Below, in pieces: positions 1 to 14,237 of a DNA stretch of 64,000 nucleotides. The position numbers were made by a program, and so were the translations under genes. The notes under the pieces are model-generated. The model saw nothing but the letters and a program-made list of their open reading frames with translations, made no database searches and had not been told where the DNA came from. Source of the stretch: Eledone cirrhosa (Eukaryota); assembly GCA_964016885.1 (NCBI GenBank), contig OZ024743.1:75640001-75704000 (forward strand). Direction: 5' to 3'. The first letter of the stretch is position 1, and every line of letters begins with the position of its first letter.

Positions 1-55
1 GTCCAACCCATGCAAGTGTGGAAACACGGACGTAAAAACGACGATGATGATGATG
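1..55 (+). mobile_element. 3' tail of an RTE-related SINE/LINE ending in (GAT)n
   Basis: ccaacccatgcaagtgtggaaa..gacgt..aaacgacgatgatgatg; related tails at about 1805-1880 and 48020-48195. Confidence 0.55.
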
Positions 56-303
56 TCACACGCTATGGTTGTATGAGTTTGGTCCTTAAGAGAAGTGGAT
101 ATATCAGCCTCACAAGCCTGCTCAGATGTTTCCAATTGTCAGGCAGGTACCAACTGGGTTTCCTGAATGTACCAGTGTAGACATGTAGTAACCACAGTGA
201 GTTGTTCAGTGAGTTGTTAGAGTTTTCGTTAGGTTAACAGCTAAAGACAGCATTGGGTGGCCTTAATTTCAACGGAGGTTTGCACCGACCACCAAGATAG
301 GAC

Positions 304-538
304 ACAGACAGGGGCCCAGTTACACTGGAAGGGAGGCAGGGGTCCAGTTACTGGAACAGAGGCAGGGGCCCAGTTACTGGAACGGAGGCAGGGGTCCAGT
401 TACTGGAATAGAGGCAGGGGTCCAGTTACTGGAACAGAGGCAGGGGCCCAGTTACTGGAACAGAGGCAGGGGCCCAGTTACTGGAACAGAGGCAGGGGTC
501 CAGTTACTGGAACAGAGGCAGGGGTCCAGTTACTGGAG
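304..538. repeat. 26-bp minisatellite, about 9 copies
   Basis: unit ggaacagaggcaggggtccagttact. Confidence 0.95.
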
Positions 539-1057
539 GCTGAACATATTTTACCCAGCACACAAAGACTTCAGAAACCAGATCAGTGGATTAGTTAAAA
601 GACAATTGAGGGGAGCGATCACCAACAATTGGAGGTGGGGCGCTCTGAAGAGAACCTCCAGAGTAGAGTTGATAAGAAGTAGCAATAGAGAAACATAGAC
701 TAGAAGGTGAGCCAGTAAGCAGATTAGAAAAGATATCTTGACTGACTCATCAACTCCTAGTTTTCTAAGACACTGCCAGAAGAAGAAGAAGGTAAAAAAG
801 CAGTACAGCTTCTATGACTGTCGGAAACATTTTTTCTTGCTCAGAGTTGCTGAAGCATGGAACAAACTACATGCATCAGTTGTTAGCTGTCGGGAGACTA
901 GAGTTGGTGATTTACACGATAAACGCACACAGGACACACTGTAAAGTAGTTGGTGATAGGAAGGACATCCAGCTGTAGAAATCTTGCGAAACAAAAGTTT
1001 GGGAGGACCCTCAGTTGTATCAAAGAAATGACATCCTCCCTGAGAACTCGATAGAAT

Positions 1058-1720
1058 GTGAAACTGCACATAGCTATGGTACGGCCACACTTAGAGTTTG
1101 CATCACCAGTCTGGAACCCCTATCTTGTTCAGAACATTGACTGCCTGGAAACTGTTCAGAGACGTGCAACCAAGCGAATACCCTCCATCAGGCATCTACC
1201 ATACTCTGAACGCCTTGCTTCCCTGGGCATGGATACATCGAAGCTCCAACGCCTGGCAACTGACTTGGTAAACACCCACAAGATTATTAACCATCTTGCC
1301 AACAACAACCCTGAGTACCTTTTTGAATTTCATGTGTCTAACACAAAGTCAGAAAACAGCACAGCTCCCATGACTTTCGGAAACATTTTTTCAAGCTCAG
1401 AGTTGCTGAAGCATGGCACAAACTACCTGCATCGGTTGTTAGCTGTCGAGACACTGCATCCTTTAAAACCTCCATGGAACAAACTACCGGCATCTGTTGT
1501 TAGCTGTCGAGACACTGCATCCTTTAAAACCTCCACGCTTCCTGAGATTTGCCAACACTACACCTAATACACACGCACACATGTATTTCATGACTCATAC
1601 ACTATTCACTTCCCTGACATTTATATATTATTTTATGTACTATATATGCACCTTTGATGAGTTGTAGTGCACCTGAGCACTGTACACAATAATTTCATTA
1701 TCATTATTATTATTATTATT
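1058..1720 (+). mobile_element. CR1/L2-type LINE 3' end (RT C-terminus, 3' UTR, (ATT)n tail)
   Basis: VRPHLEFASPVWNPY..LETVQRRATKRIP..YSERL; 3' UTR pieces recur at about 800-900, 2745-2800 (-), 5527-5805 and 57620-58140. Confidence 0.88.
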
Positions 1721-1854
1721 ATAAGTGAGACGACAGATCCCTGGCTTGTCTGGGAAATCTGTTGCCACCGCTTCAGTACTGACTACGTCTGTATGGAGCA
1801 AGCAGTTCAACCCTTGCTGGTACAGAAAGTGGACGTTAAAATGACGTCAAAACG

Positions 1855-1975
1855 TCATGGTGATGATGATGATGATGATGATGATAACGATGATGATGAT
1901 GGTGGTGGTGGTGGTGATGGTGACGGTGATGGTGATGGTGATGGTGATGGTGATGGTGATGATGATGATGATGAA
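1855..1975. repeat. (GAT/GGT)n microsatellite
   Basis: direct reading. Confidence 0.95.
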
Positions 1976-2531
1976 TGTAAAAAAAACAAAAAAAAACAAC
2001 TTGTTTTTGTTCTATTTTAAGCATTAAAGAATTTCCTATAACGGCTCTAAACTTCTGAAATACCCTATTATTTCAAGTCTGTGACATTCGAGACATTTTA
2101 GGTGAGCAGCTGGGCCACTGACAACGAAGTTCATGTCATTAACAGTTCATCTTACTGTAGTATCAGGTGATGTTCATGAGGGTGCTTGGTTATTTCGACG
2201 TCTTAGTCTCGCTATCATAACAAAAAAAAGTATATTATAAGAAATCGCATATGTTATAAAATAAATAGGATGGGTTGGGGTCTCATATGTAAACTAAACA
2301 AGTAATTCTGGTTTTAAAAAATCAAGGGAGACAACCTAGAAAAATTACCGATTTTCCACCCTCCCGCTTATTCCATCTCCCGTTTATTCCACCCACCGCT
2401 TATCCACCTCCCGTCTTGTTATTTGGGACCCGAGAGTAGCGGTAGCTTAAAGGTAATTTCATCTTGCCTTCTACGTGTTCAGGTTAATTGCAGTACTTAG
2501 TAATTTTTTTGTTTATAAATATAATAATAAT

Positions 2532-2720
2532 AATTGTTTCTACTTTAGGCACAAGGCCAGCAATTACCCAGTGCATTACTGGTACTTTATTTTATCGACC
2601 CCGTAAGGATGAAAGGCAAAGTTAACCTCGGCGGGATTTGAACTCAGAATGGCAAGGGCCGTAACTCTATGCGTCAAAGCATGGCGTCCGACTCTCTACC
2701 GATACTGCCAATCCACCGCC
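2532..2720 (-). mobile_element. tRNA-derived SINE with Meta-domain-like centre (most abundant family)
   Basis: minus strand ggcggtggattggcagtatcggtag..gagttcaaatcccgcc (A/B boxes) then gcctttcatccttacggggtcgataaaataaagtacc; other copies near 13060, 13260, 15057, 21895, 22588, 24255, 32930, 33673, 41463, 41655, 42568, 42806, 45538, 57865 and 63172. Confidence 0.85.
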
Positions 2721-2869
2721 ATATAATATAATAATAATAATAATGATGAAATTATTGTGTACAGTGCTCAGGTGCACTACAACTCATCAAAGGTGCATGA
2801 ATAATACATAGAATAACATATATTTCATTCTTATTTGTTGCGTTTACATTTGTAATTGTATTTTTATCT

Positions 2870-3490
2870 CATCGCTGGCGGCTCACCTTACTGAGGTGTC
2901 ATGCGGTGCCCATGATGGTGCTTGGTTGTTCCAGCACCTTAGCCTCGCCAATACCTGGCTTTACTGAGGTGTCATGCGGTGCCCATGATGGTGCCTGGTT
3001 GTTCCAGCACCTTAGTCTCGCCAATACCTGGCTTTATTGAGGTGTCATGTGATGCCCATGATGGTGCCTGGTTGTTCCAGCACCTTAGCCTCGCCAATAC
3101 CTGGCTTTACTGAGGTGTCAGGTGATGCCCATGATGGTGCCTGGTTGTTCCAGCACCTTAGCCTCGCCAATACCTGGCTTTATTGAGGTGACAGGTGATG
3201 TCCATGAGGGTGCTTGGTTGTTCCAGCATCTTAGCCTCGCCATCACCTGGCCTTACCGAGGTGTCAGGTGATGCCCATGATGGTGCTTGGTTGTTCCAGC
3301 ACCTTAGCTTCGCCATCACCTGGCCTTACCGAGGTGTCAGGTGATGCTCATGAGGGTGTTTGGTTGTTTCAGTGTCTTAACCTCGCCATCACCTGGCCTT
3401 ACCGAGGTGGCAGGTGATGTCTGTGAGGGTGTTTGGTTGTTTCAACACCTCAGCCTCGCCATCACCCGTGGTAATGCTGCCTGTGTATTC
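2870..3490. repeat. 73-bp minisatellite, about 8 copies, derived from a CRE-like LINE 3' coding end
   Basis: period 73 (2955, 3028, 3101); last unit reads WLFQHLSLAITRGNAACV. Confidence 0.85.
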
Positions 3491-3775
3491 GCTTGCCTCA
3501 AAATAATCCGTTGCCTCTTGTGATGTGATGTCTGACCAATTATCACACTTGGTGGTGAATTGATGGTATTTTTGTCCCCCTCTTTTCTCTCTCTCTCTTT
3601 CTAGTCACATATATTGGTGTGTTGTATTTGTGAGGCTCCTAGCAATAGTTAATTGTATTTATTATATGTATTTGTTATATGTTTATATGTGTATTTATAT
3701 TTTCATTCTACAAGAAGTGTGAGCAATCTGTAATGTTATTTATGTATATTTAAAACAAATATAGTTAATATAGTG

Positions 3776-3890
3776 AAGGCGTGTGGCTGAGTGGTTAGAG
3801 AATTGGATTCACAACATTGAGGTTGTGAGTTCGATTCCTGGACCGGGTGATGCGTTATGTTCTTGAAGACATTTTATTTCACGTTGCTCC
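3776..3890 (+). mobile_element. tRNA-derived CORE-like SINE
   Basis: gtggctgagtggttag..gagttcgattcc box pair then a gtgtccttgagcaagacacttta-type domain; copies at about 4311-4455, 4720-4850, 24465-24580 and 40290-40590. Confidence 0.8.
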
Positions 3891-5829
3891 TTCTACCTGG
3901 AGTTGCGACCGATAGATGGTATTAGCAACGACGAAAGTCGATCGATCCATTTTTTTTTTTTATAGTTGATGTATTTTCCCCTTTTAAATTTGTTTTTTTT
4001 CCTCAAACTTCCAACCTCCTCTTTTTCTTAACTCTACTCTTTCCCGATAAAGGATCAATGATTGATACATTGCATTATTCCTTTTCCTTTTCCAACAAAT
4101 GTGAAACTAATAGAGTTTGTGAAATAAAAAAATATATATTGACAAAGGGGACGTAATATAAACTTTTGGGTATTCCATACAAAGTTGTTCCCCTTTGCAA
4201 AATAAACTCGTACTATTACGTCTGCTGTGTGAAGTATCACACGTGGTATCATAGATATCTGAGGGATGTGTGTTCTGTTAAGATATGATCTTTGTTTACC
4301 ACAATTTGTATGAAGGTGCGTGGCTTATTGTTTAGGATATACGGCTCACGATCGTAATGTTTTGAGTTCGATTCCCAGCGGCGCGTTGTGTCCTTGAGCA
4401 AGACACTTTATTTCACGTTGCTCCAGTCCACTCAGCTGGCAAAACTAAGTTGTACCTTCTGGTCTCGAATAATCGTCCTAAATTTAAATACAATTAACTA
4501 TTGCTAGGAACTTCACAAATACAACACACCAAAATATATGACTAGAACAAGAGAAAGAAAAATATAAACACGTAATAAATACAACTAACTAGGAACCTCA
4601 CAAATTGCTAGGAACCTCACAAATACAATGTACCAAAATATATGACCAGAGAGAGAGAGGGAGAGAGAGAGAGAGAGAGAGAGGGAAGGGCAACAAAAAC
4701 GACCATCAATTCATCACCAAGTGGTTAGAGCATTGGGCTTGCAATCGAAGGGTTGTGAGTTCAATTCTCGGACCGGGTGATGTGTTGTTTCCTTGAGCAA
4801 GACACTTTATTTCACATTGCTCCAGTTTACTCAGCTGTAGAAATGAGATGATAGGATTGGGGTCCCTATCATTAAATCATCCAAGACACCTCCAACGAGA
4901 TATACCTTGGAGGAGGCCAGCTAAACCTGCATAGGTGTGAGCTGTAACAACAACAACAAGTGTGACAATCACATAAACCAGTGACGTATCTAGACGTTAC
5001 TTCGTGTAGCACTGGTATGTCTGTGTGTCTAGCATCACTGTTCCAGTATTTCATTTTAAGTCCTATTCGTGCTTTGTAGAATACCATACAAGATACTAAC
5101 AACTCAAGTGGTTGTTTGGTAGCAACCACTTACTCGACAATTCGTGTTCTTTGAAATGGAAAAAAAAAGAAGCTTATCTGTACAAAGAAAATATTTGAAA
5201 ACTCAGCGAACCGATATTTAGCTCCGAAAAATGTTTAATTTAGGAGAGTTTTTGAGCGCTGTTTCAATTTTTTCTCTCTTTACCATTAAAAGAAAGTAAA
5301 AAATTATGTTTAACTTGGAAATTGAAGAAATAAATGAAGATAACGTCAGCAATTCTTGTGCAATGTTGTTACAACATTGATATAGAAGATAAGTTTAAAA
5401 ATCATTAAAAAATGTCAAACTAGTCATAACAAAACAATTTTTGTTATAATATGAAATAAATAAATGTAAAACACTTCACATTTAAAAAAAATAAGATCTA
5501 AAACACACACACACACGCACACATATTTTTTCACGCTCAAAGTTACTGAAGCATGGAACAAACTACCTGCATCAGTTGTTAGCTGTCGAGACACTGCATC
5601 CTTTAAAACCTCCATGCTTCCTGAGATTTGCCAACATTACACCTAATATTCCCTCTCTATACACACGCACACATGTATATTATGACTCATACACTATTCA
5701 CTTCCCTGACATTTGTACATTATTCTATGTACTATACATGCACATTTGATGAGTTGTAGTGCACCTGAGCACTGTACACAATAATTTCATTATTATCATT
5801 ATTATTATATATATATATTAATTATAACG

Positions 5830-6660
5830 AGCCTGACAATTAACCAATGCTATTAGCACATCCCGTGAGAGAGTTGAGAATGTTCCGTACAATGAACTTG
5901 GCATGACGAAAGTTTCTGCTTTGTAGGTGCCACGTCTTCTGACACCTGATCAAAAGCGCACCAGGACGATCACACCACCAGAAAATCTTACATTGTCTGA
6001 GGCAGATCCAGCTGGTTTCCTTGAATGTTTGTGTGATGAACTCAACACGCAAGATGAGTGTTGGGTTTATCACTTTGAGCCAAAGACAACGAGACAATCC
6101 ATGCTATGGAAACACTCCTCATTACCTGCTCCAATGAAGGGCAAGCTCATTTCGTCTGCAGGGAAGGTGAGGGCTTCAGTGTTTTGGGGATGCAAAAGGC
6201 ATTGTGTTTATTGACTACCTTCAAAAGAGCCACACCATCGATGAAGAGTACTATGTTAACTTACTGAGGCAGTTATGAAAGACTATCAAGACCAAACACC
6301 CAGGTAAACTGACAAAAGAGGTCTCGTTAATGGTTGTTGAGCTTGACTGTGGCTTTGAACTGGTTGATCACCAGCCCTGCTCTCCTGATTTGGCCCCATC
6401 TGACTAACATATGTTCCCCAACATAAAAAAACCCCAAACAGTTGGCTGGACACTAGTATCTCAGTGATGATGACGTCATATCTGTTGTTGATACTTTTTG
6501 ACCAACACGGCGAAAGGTTCTTCACCATGGCATCAAAGAACTGCAACAGCGATGGAAGAACTGTGTGGACCGCAAGGGCAACTATGTTGAAAAATAAACC
6601 TCACTCGATCACATTCCATGAGAGTATTTTGGTCAGCCTATGAATCTTTTAACCGACATT
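5830..6660 (+). pseudogene. Decayed mariner (Tc1/mariner) transposase
   Basis: VPRLLTPDQKRTR, TQDECWVYHFEPKT and HQPCSPDLAPSD-like motifs, with stops and frameshifts. Confidence 0.88.
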
Positions 6661-6661
6661 C

Positions 6662-7098
<437 letters not shown>

Positions 7099-7814
7099 AT
7101 GTATATATATACACAGTTTAAGAGTAACCAATCTTAAAGAGAGAGATGGAGATAGGAGAGGAGAGATTGGTGAATTAGTTAGAATCCAAAGCGTAAAGGC
7201 ATGTGCTCAATGTGCAATATGCAGTGTAAGGCAGCTAGGTGGCTGGGTTCATGCAGAGGTTAGGTGCACAGAGCTGGAAATATTCATTAGTTAAGCAAAA
7301 CAAAACCACAAATTTCACAAGGAAGACATTATTAAAAGATTGTCAACATATTTTAGTTTGATGTAAGGAATGTAGAGAATAATAATAATATATCAATTGT
7401 CTGCCATAGTCGAGCAGTATTCTTCTGTCGAGGCTGCATTGTGTGAGATCTGCCTATACCCAGGACACCATAGTGAAATACCAACATATAGATAATTATA
7501 AGTTAGCTCCCTTACATTGTCTCTCAATTAAAAAATTAACAAATTAGCACTTAACTATAAACTACCCACAATTTCTAATCTCTCGAGGAGTTACTTCCCC
7601 TGAAACCACCCTCTAATTACTAAGGTAAATATCTCCATTGGCGGCCATCTTGTTCCCCATAGGCAGATCTCACAGAATGCAGCCTCGACAGAAGAATACT
7701 ACTCGACTATGGCAGACAATTGATATAACCAGGACACCATAGTGGAATACCAATATATGGAACAGTACATTTATGTAACATTATTTCCTTATTTTAATTT
7801 ATATTCCTTTTGAA

Positions 7815-7933
7815 GTTCCGATGAGCTGCTCTATTTTTACCTATGTTAATTATTTTCAACTGAACCAGATCAATAATGATATATAATCATTTGATCCAGA
7901 AATATTATATGGAGTAGCGAAACAATTGTAAAC
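7815..7933 (+). ncRNA. Minimal type I HHR with about 75-nt loop 2
   Basis: GTT CCGATGA GCTGCTCTAT ... ATGGAGTAGC GAA ACAATTGT A AAC; palindromic stem III; core has U4C. Confidence 0.72.
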
Positions 7934-8055
7934 GGACATTATTATTATTAATATTATTCTTATTCTCTACATTCCTTACATCAAACTAAAATATGTTGAC
8001 AATCTTTTAATAATGTCTTCCTTGTGAAATTTGTGGTCTTGTTTTGCTTAACTAA

Positions 8056-8112
<57 letters not shown>

Positions 8113-8172
8113 CGTATTTCCGTAGAAGGGGTAAAGTAAAGGAGAGCGCTCTATGTATGCTACAGAGCTATT

Positions 8173-8261
<89 letters not shown>

Positions 8262-8294
8262 AATAGTTATGTAATAAACAACATAAGATAATTA

Positions 8295-8357
8295 TTTCAT
8301 TTACCTGTGGTTTCTTGAAGACAGATATTTATGTCTGTCTTCATTCATCAGAAGAAA
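8295..8357 (-). ncRNA. Type I HHR
   Basis: minus: TTTCTT CTGATGA A-TGAAGACAGA-cataaata-TCTGTCTTCA-A GAA ACC-aca-GGT A AATGAAA. Confidence 0.75.
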
Positions 8358-8773
8358 ATTTATTTATGAAGTAGTAATATGGATTTGAAAACAGAGTATA
8401 GGATAAATGAAAGTGAGGCTGAAATAAAATAACGTGCAAAAATTGAGGAGAAAGAAATTAATAAATAAATATCCAAATACATAAACATTAACAAACTCAC
8501 TCATATAAGTAATAGTACGTAAACATATACATTCATACATAAGTATATGTGCGTCTGCATGGAAATACAAATACAGACATATGCGTGTGATCTTTCACTC
8601 ACATCTGCGCAACAACACATTGGGAAGTAGTTGGGGGACCAGATATAAATAAATAAAATCAAAAATCAAAAAAATAAAGGATAGGGAATAAAATGAAAGC
8701 AAAAAGGGACGGGTTGACAACGAAAGGTGGGGTGGGAATTAATAAATATATATATATATAAATAAATATATAT

Positions 8774-8826
<53 letters not shown>

Positions 8827-9007
8827 CATGTATATATATATATATGGATTTTAGTCTTCAATTTTATTATTATTACTATATATATATATATATATATATA
8901 AATATATATATATACAAACATACGTATATACACACATAAACGTATATACAAACATACGTATATATACACACACACACATAGACGTATACATGCATACACA
9001 CACACTC

Positions 9008-9093
<86 letters not shown>

Positions 9094-9342
9094 CATATGT
9101 ATATACATACACACATATGTATACACACACATATACCCACACAAGCCTATACATATATATATATATAGAGAGAGAGACAGACACATACACATATATACAT
9201 ATATATATATACACACGTAAATATACAAAAACACGCAAGCACATATACGCATACATACAATATAAGGAAGAGGACATAACACACGTACATACACACGCAC
9301 ACGTACATACACACACATATAGACACGCGCACATGCACATAA

Positions 9343-9426
<84 letters not shown>

Positions 9427-9989
9427 ACATCTATACGTACCCACACGTCCGTGTACACACACGTATACGCATGCATACATATGTATGTATAGTTATAGAC
9501 ATACTTAAGACAAACAATATAATGGAACTAAGTGAGGAAACACACTCAATTATAAAAATGACATAAAAATAAAAGCGTATATATACTTAAAACATGGTGG
9601 GTGTGTAAGGACATGGGGGAGTATAACTAAAATAATAGTTGTGGTGGAAAGTAAATGTTTGTAAATAGATCTGGATAAAGGTTTGTGGTTATAAAGTGAT
9701 ATGGGTAAAAAAAAAGGCGGGGATTATAATAAGAGGACAGAATGAAGGTGGTGAGTGTGTATGTGTTAAACGTATGGCAGAAAAAAGGGGGGGGGTATAA
9801 ATAAAATGAAATAAATAAATAAACATGAGGGAGGAAAAATGTATATATTGGTAGAAAGTATGTGATTATATGATGAACTGGGTAAGGTGTGGTGTTCGTA
9901 AAATGATGAAATTGGTAGTGAGTGGAAGGGTTAATATGTAAAGAGGAAGCTCAGGCTGGTTGAGTGATCGTTGGTGTATTAATCCAGCT

Positions 9990-11900
9990 AAAAAGGAGAT
10001 GCGATTTCAGGTGCGGACAACTTCTGAAGATCTCAGTCTTAGAGTTGACGCAAGTAGGAGGGGTTTTCAGATTTTGAAGAATTCTAAATTTTTCCGTTAT
10101 ACACAAAGAACATTTCTTTGTGCTCCTTTGGTATTCGTTTGAGTAGTCTTAAATTGACCAATTAATAGAGTATGGAATGTTTCTGTCTTTAAACTCCCAC
10201 ACTTTATTTGCCAGTGCCGTTGAAATTCTTTTTTCAGGGTGTTTGAATGAAGCGACGTATGCATAATACCTGGTTTTAAATTTGACCTGTGTCATGCCAA
10301 CATATCGCTCACTTCTGGCTAGCTGGTTATTTATGATCGGTGTCAACTTGACCTCATATACAATAGATTTGGTATTACATTTGCCCTGTAATGGGCTTTC
10401 TTCAGGTTTCCTGCAGCTGCAACCTGAATTTCCTGTAGTTACATTTGAGTTGGTGATTTTGGTTTTCATTGATGGGCAGCAAGAGTAGCTGAGTTTAACT
10501 AAATTTCTATTAAATATCTTATTATATCTATGATTTTGGGGAAAATGTTTGTCTAGGAGTTCGAGGAATTTTCTTCCTACGTTAGTTTTAACTGTTAGAG
10601 AGAAAAGAGGTGTAAACCATATAATTTTTATTTTCCTGTTAAGGTGTTTAGTGTTCGAAAGAGGAGTAGGTAAATATTTGATTTGTTCGGTGAACCTGCT
10701 GTTTTTGATGGCCTTATTATAATAAGGGGCAGCTTTATTAAAAATATCTATAGCCGAAGATAAGGAAGAGATCCTACGACTAATGTTAGGAATAAGATTT
10801 TTAAAGACTATAGAGGGATGGCAAGACTCTTTGTGTATATATCTTAAATTTTCATTGGGTTTATGATAAGCTTTAAAAGAGGCAGTAAGTAGGTCAAGAT
10901 TGATATCGAGGAAGTTGGTATTAGTAAGATTCGTATCTATAGTAATTTTTAGGTTTAAGTTAGCAAAGGTATTAATTAAGTCTTTACGGAATTTATCAAG
11001 GTTATGGCCGTTGGTGGTATGAGAAACTGCCAAACCATCGTCTCGGCATAAGCCGATATTATGGCAAGGAAATTTCTCTTTAAGGGTTAGGAGGAGGAAT
11101 AATCCTACTAAATCGCACACATCGGTGCTATCATATGAGCCCATCGAGACATCAAAAGAGTTTCTGGGCTTGATTTTTTAACCCAAGTACCTTCTTTAGC
11201 GAAAAGTAGTGTTTTCCTAGCGTGTAAGATAACATCTTTCTCTAATTTAGAAATATTAATGAAAAGTCTAGCAAAATCTAAGGCTTTAATAAGGATTCTG
11301 TGATAGAGGGGTAAAAATCAACAATATCAAATTGGATAAATCTACACTTATTTTTTCCAAGATATAACAGAGGACATATTTAACCATTGGGATAATTCAG
11401 TCTTATATTTCTTATATTCTTAGGATTATATTTCTTATATTTCTTAGGATTTTTTTACTCGCAAGACTAATTTCAGATTTAGCAGGGTTGTTTAGTCTAC
11501 AACTAGGTCGATTAGTATGGTCTTTAAGGGTAATATATGCTTTACGTTTGGCTAGGATTTCAGTTCGGTTATCAAATTTGAAAGAACTAGCTAGGGATTT
11601 AGCTTCATTATTAATGATATTATAAGTAGTAATGTTAGCTTTTTGGTATTTAGCAGTGATGCTATCTGTTAATAGTTGATTATACAAATTGTTATTAACG
11701 TCATAAATATTTTTGGTTTTGTCAGAGAAAACGAAAGTATTATTAGAGCGTTTAAAATTAGAAATGTCGTTAAAGAGTTTGGATTGAAAATTGTTGTTGT
11801 ACATACGGTATTTTAAGTCATTAATCATGTTAACTAGGTCTATTTCGAAGTGGGCCATATCTTTCACTCTAAGTGGGTATTTGCGTGATTTAATATGAAA
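9990..11900 (-). mobile_element. Penelope-like retroelement (RT plus C-terminal GIY-YIG), frameshifted and 5' truncated, possibly Naiad-type
   Basis: KAYITLKDH, FIQFDIVDFYPSI (about 11302-11340), MGSYDSTDVCDLVG, GLCRDDGL, NFLDINLDL, CSCRKPEESPLQGKC, IVYE..YVGMT, KKCSLCITEK. Confidence 0.9.
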
Positions 11901-12109
11901 GTAGTCAGTAGTTTGCTACTAACAGGATCTGTTGGAAGGAGTGTTTGAGGGCTCTGCCCCCATGACCCTCTCAGGAATAAGTGGCAGAAGAAGAATATAT
12001 CTGCCAAAGTCCATCTCAACGGGCGATGACTGTGGAGTACTGTCTCCCTCGTTTGTATTTTTATTTAAAAAAATAATTTTTTAAGGTTTTCCCTTAAAAA
12101 ATTGTTTTT

Positions 12110-12535
12110 CGTTTGACTCGTACTTTAGCAGAGCTTCGTTCTTGAGATGCACTTCAGCAAAGCTTCGTTCTTGAACCGTACTTCAGCAAAGCGTCATTCT
12201 TGAGCCGTACTTCAGCAAAGCTTCGTTCTTGAACCGTACTTCAGCAAAGCGTCATTCTTGAGCCGCACTTCAGCAAAGCTCCGTTCTTGAACCGTACTTC
12301 AGCAAAGCGTCATTCTTGAGCCGCAATTCAGCGAAGCATCATTCTTGAGCCATACTTCAGCAAAGCTTCGTTCTTGAGCCGTACTTCAGCAAAGCTTCGT
12401 TCTTGAGCCATACTCCAGCAAAGCTTCGTTCTTGAGCCGTACTTCAGCAAAGCTTCGTTCTTGAGCCATACTTCAGCAAAGCTTTGTTCTTGAGCCGTAC
12501 TTTAGTAAAGCTTCGTTCTTGAGTTGTACTTCAGT
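12110..12535. repeat. 29-bp minisatellite, about 14 copies
   Basis: unit cttcagcaaagcttcgttcttgagccgta. Confidence 0.95.
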
Positions 12536-14237
12536 ATGGTTTCGGACGAAGTGAAATCTTAGCAGCAAGTGATTTGTTCTATAAGTCATATTTTTAGCCT
12601 TAAAATTGACCCAAGTCCTGGCGAGGGACGGGCTTCGCTAAGGTTTAAGTTCTCAAGATTCGCCATATGTTTCGACAGTGTCCTTACAACTCAATTAGGT
12701 GTTATGGATCAATACATACTTACATATTGATTAGCCAATGCTAAAGATATGAAAATTACAAAAGATGAACTAGTATCACTAAAACAAACCCTTTGGAATA
12801 TTTAAAAAAAAAATCTTTCGAAGGGATTCAATATTTCTAGATACACGGTTCAAGAACTTTTTCACACATCCGTTTCAAAAAGTTAGATATAATTTTTATG
12901 CTGTGTTTCCTTGTTTATGTGAAATTCCTTTTCTTAAAATCGTGTTGGAGAAAATATTAAAGAACTCGTATCCAAAATTAGGCTTATCACTGTGATTCAA
13001 CCTCAAAACTCGTTTCAAGATTCATATATTGAAGATACAACATTCTTGCAAACATAGATAATGGTTTCTGATTTAGGCACAATGCCAACCATTTTGGGGA
13101 GGGGAAAGTTGATTAAATCGACCCAATGCATTACTGGTACTTTATTTTATCGACTCTGTAAGGACGAGAAGCGGGATTTGAACTCAGATCGTAAAGGACC
13201 GCAACTCTATGCCGATAATCAGAGTGTACGACGCTCTACCGATTACTACAAAACATAGATAATGGTTTCTTATATAGGCACAAGGCCAGCAATTTTGGGG
13301 AGGGGAAAGTCGATTAAATCGACCCCAGTGCGTGACTTGTACTTTATTTTATCGACCCCGTAAGGATGAAAGGCAAAGTTAACCTCGGCGGCATTTGAAC
13401 TCAGACCGTAAGGACCGTAACTCTATGCTGCAAAACATGGCGTCCGACGCTCTACTGAGTCTGCCAATCCACCGCCCTAACATACCAAACATAGATAATG
13501 CTAAAATTTTACAGTTTATCCAAGATCCGCCGTTTCGGAACAGCAAACTATTGTTTTCAAATCCACTCAACACAGATCTCAACTGAAAAACCTTTGATTT
13601 GCCAAAGTGAATGTATCAACGTATATTAATAATCGTCCAGATCTCCACAACAAGTTTTGGTTTAAAGAACTTCTACATGGCATGCTAGAAATAGCAGGCA
13701 AATATCCTTTTAGTGGTCTGTAATGTTTTCTTATTGACCAAACAGATCAGATAAAAAGTTTCCAATAAAACAGAAAAACGTATTGAATTGTAGCTTGAAT
13801 AGAGGGGTGAGGGTTGAAATAAGGGAGTGGGGGTGGAATAAGAGGGGGGATCGGTAATTTTTCTAGGCTGTTGATTTAAAAAAAACCCAGAATTAGTCGT
13901 TTAGTTTACATATTGAGACCCCAAACCATCCTATTTATTTTATAACATATGGGATTTATTGTAATGTTTTTAATGTCTAAAGAAAGTTAATTGTCGCAGG
14001 AATGCTACCACTTAAAATAACATTTCGCCGGAGATACATTAGCAAAATGTAATAAGCAGGTGGGTTCTGGAATTAAAAGCGAGGATGGGTGGGTTGGAAA
14101 AAAAACTGAAAATTTAATAAGTCGGGTGGGTTTGAGGGTGATTATTCGAGACCCGAGAGTAGCCCTCAAAGTTGCAAGTAGCCCATATTAAAAGGTCGAC
14201 CGAACAATGAAATGTTATGGCAAGAAAAACAAATCAA

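Noticed and set aside
4311-4385. tRNA gene-like sequence
   Set aside because: Runs directly into a SINE central domain and is dispersed in degenerate copies; it is a SINE head.
5134-5177. Possible minus-strand micro-exon (ag..gtaagt)
   Set aside because: Splice-like signals only; no recognisable peptide or partner exons.
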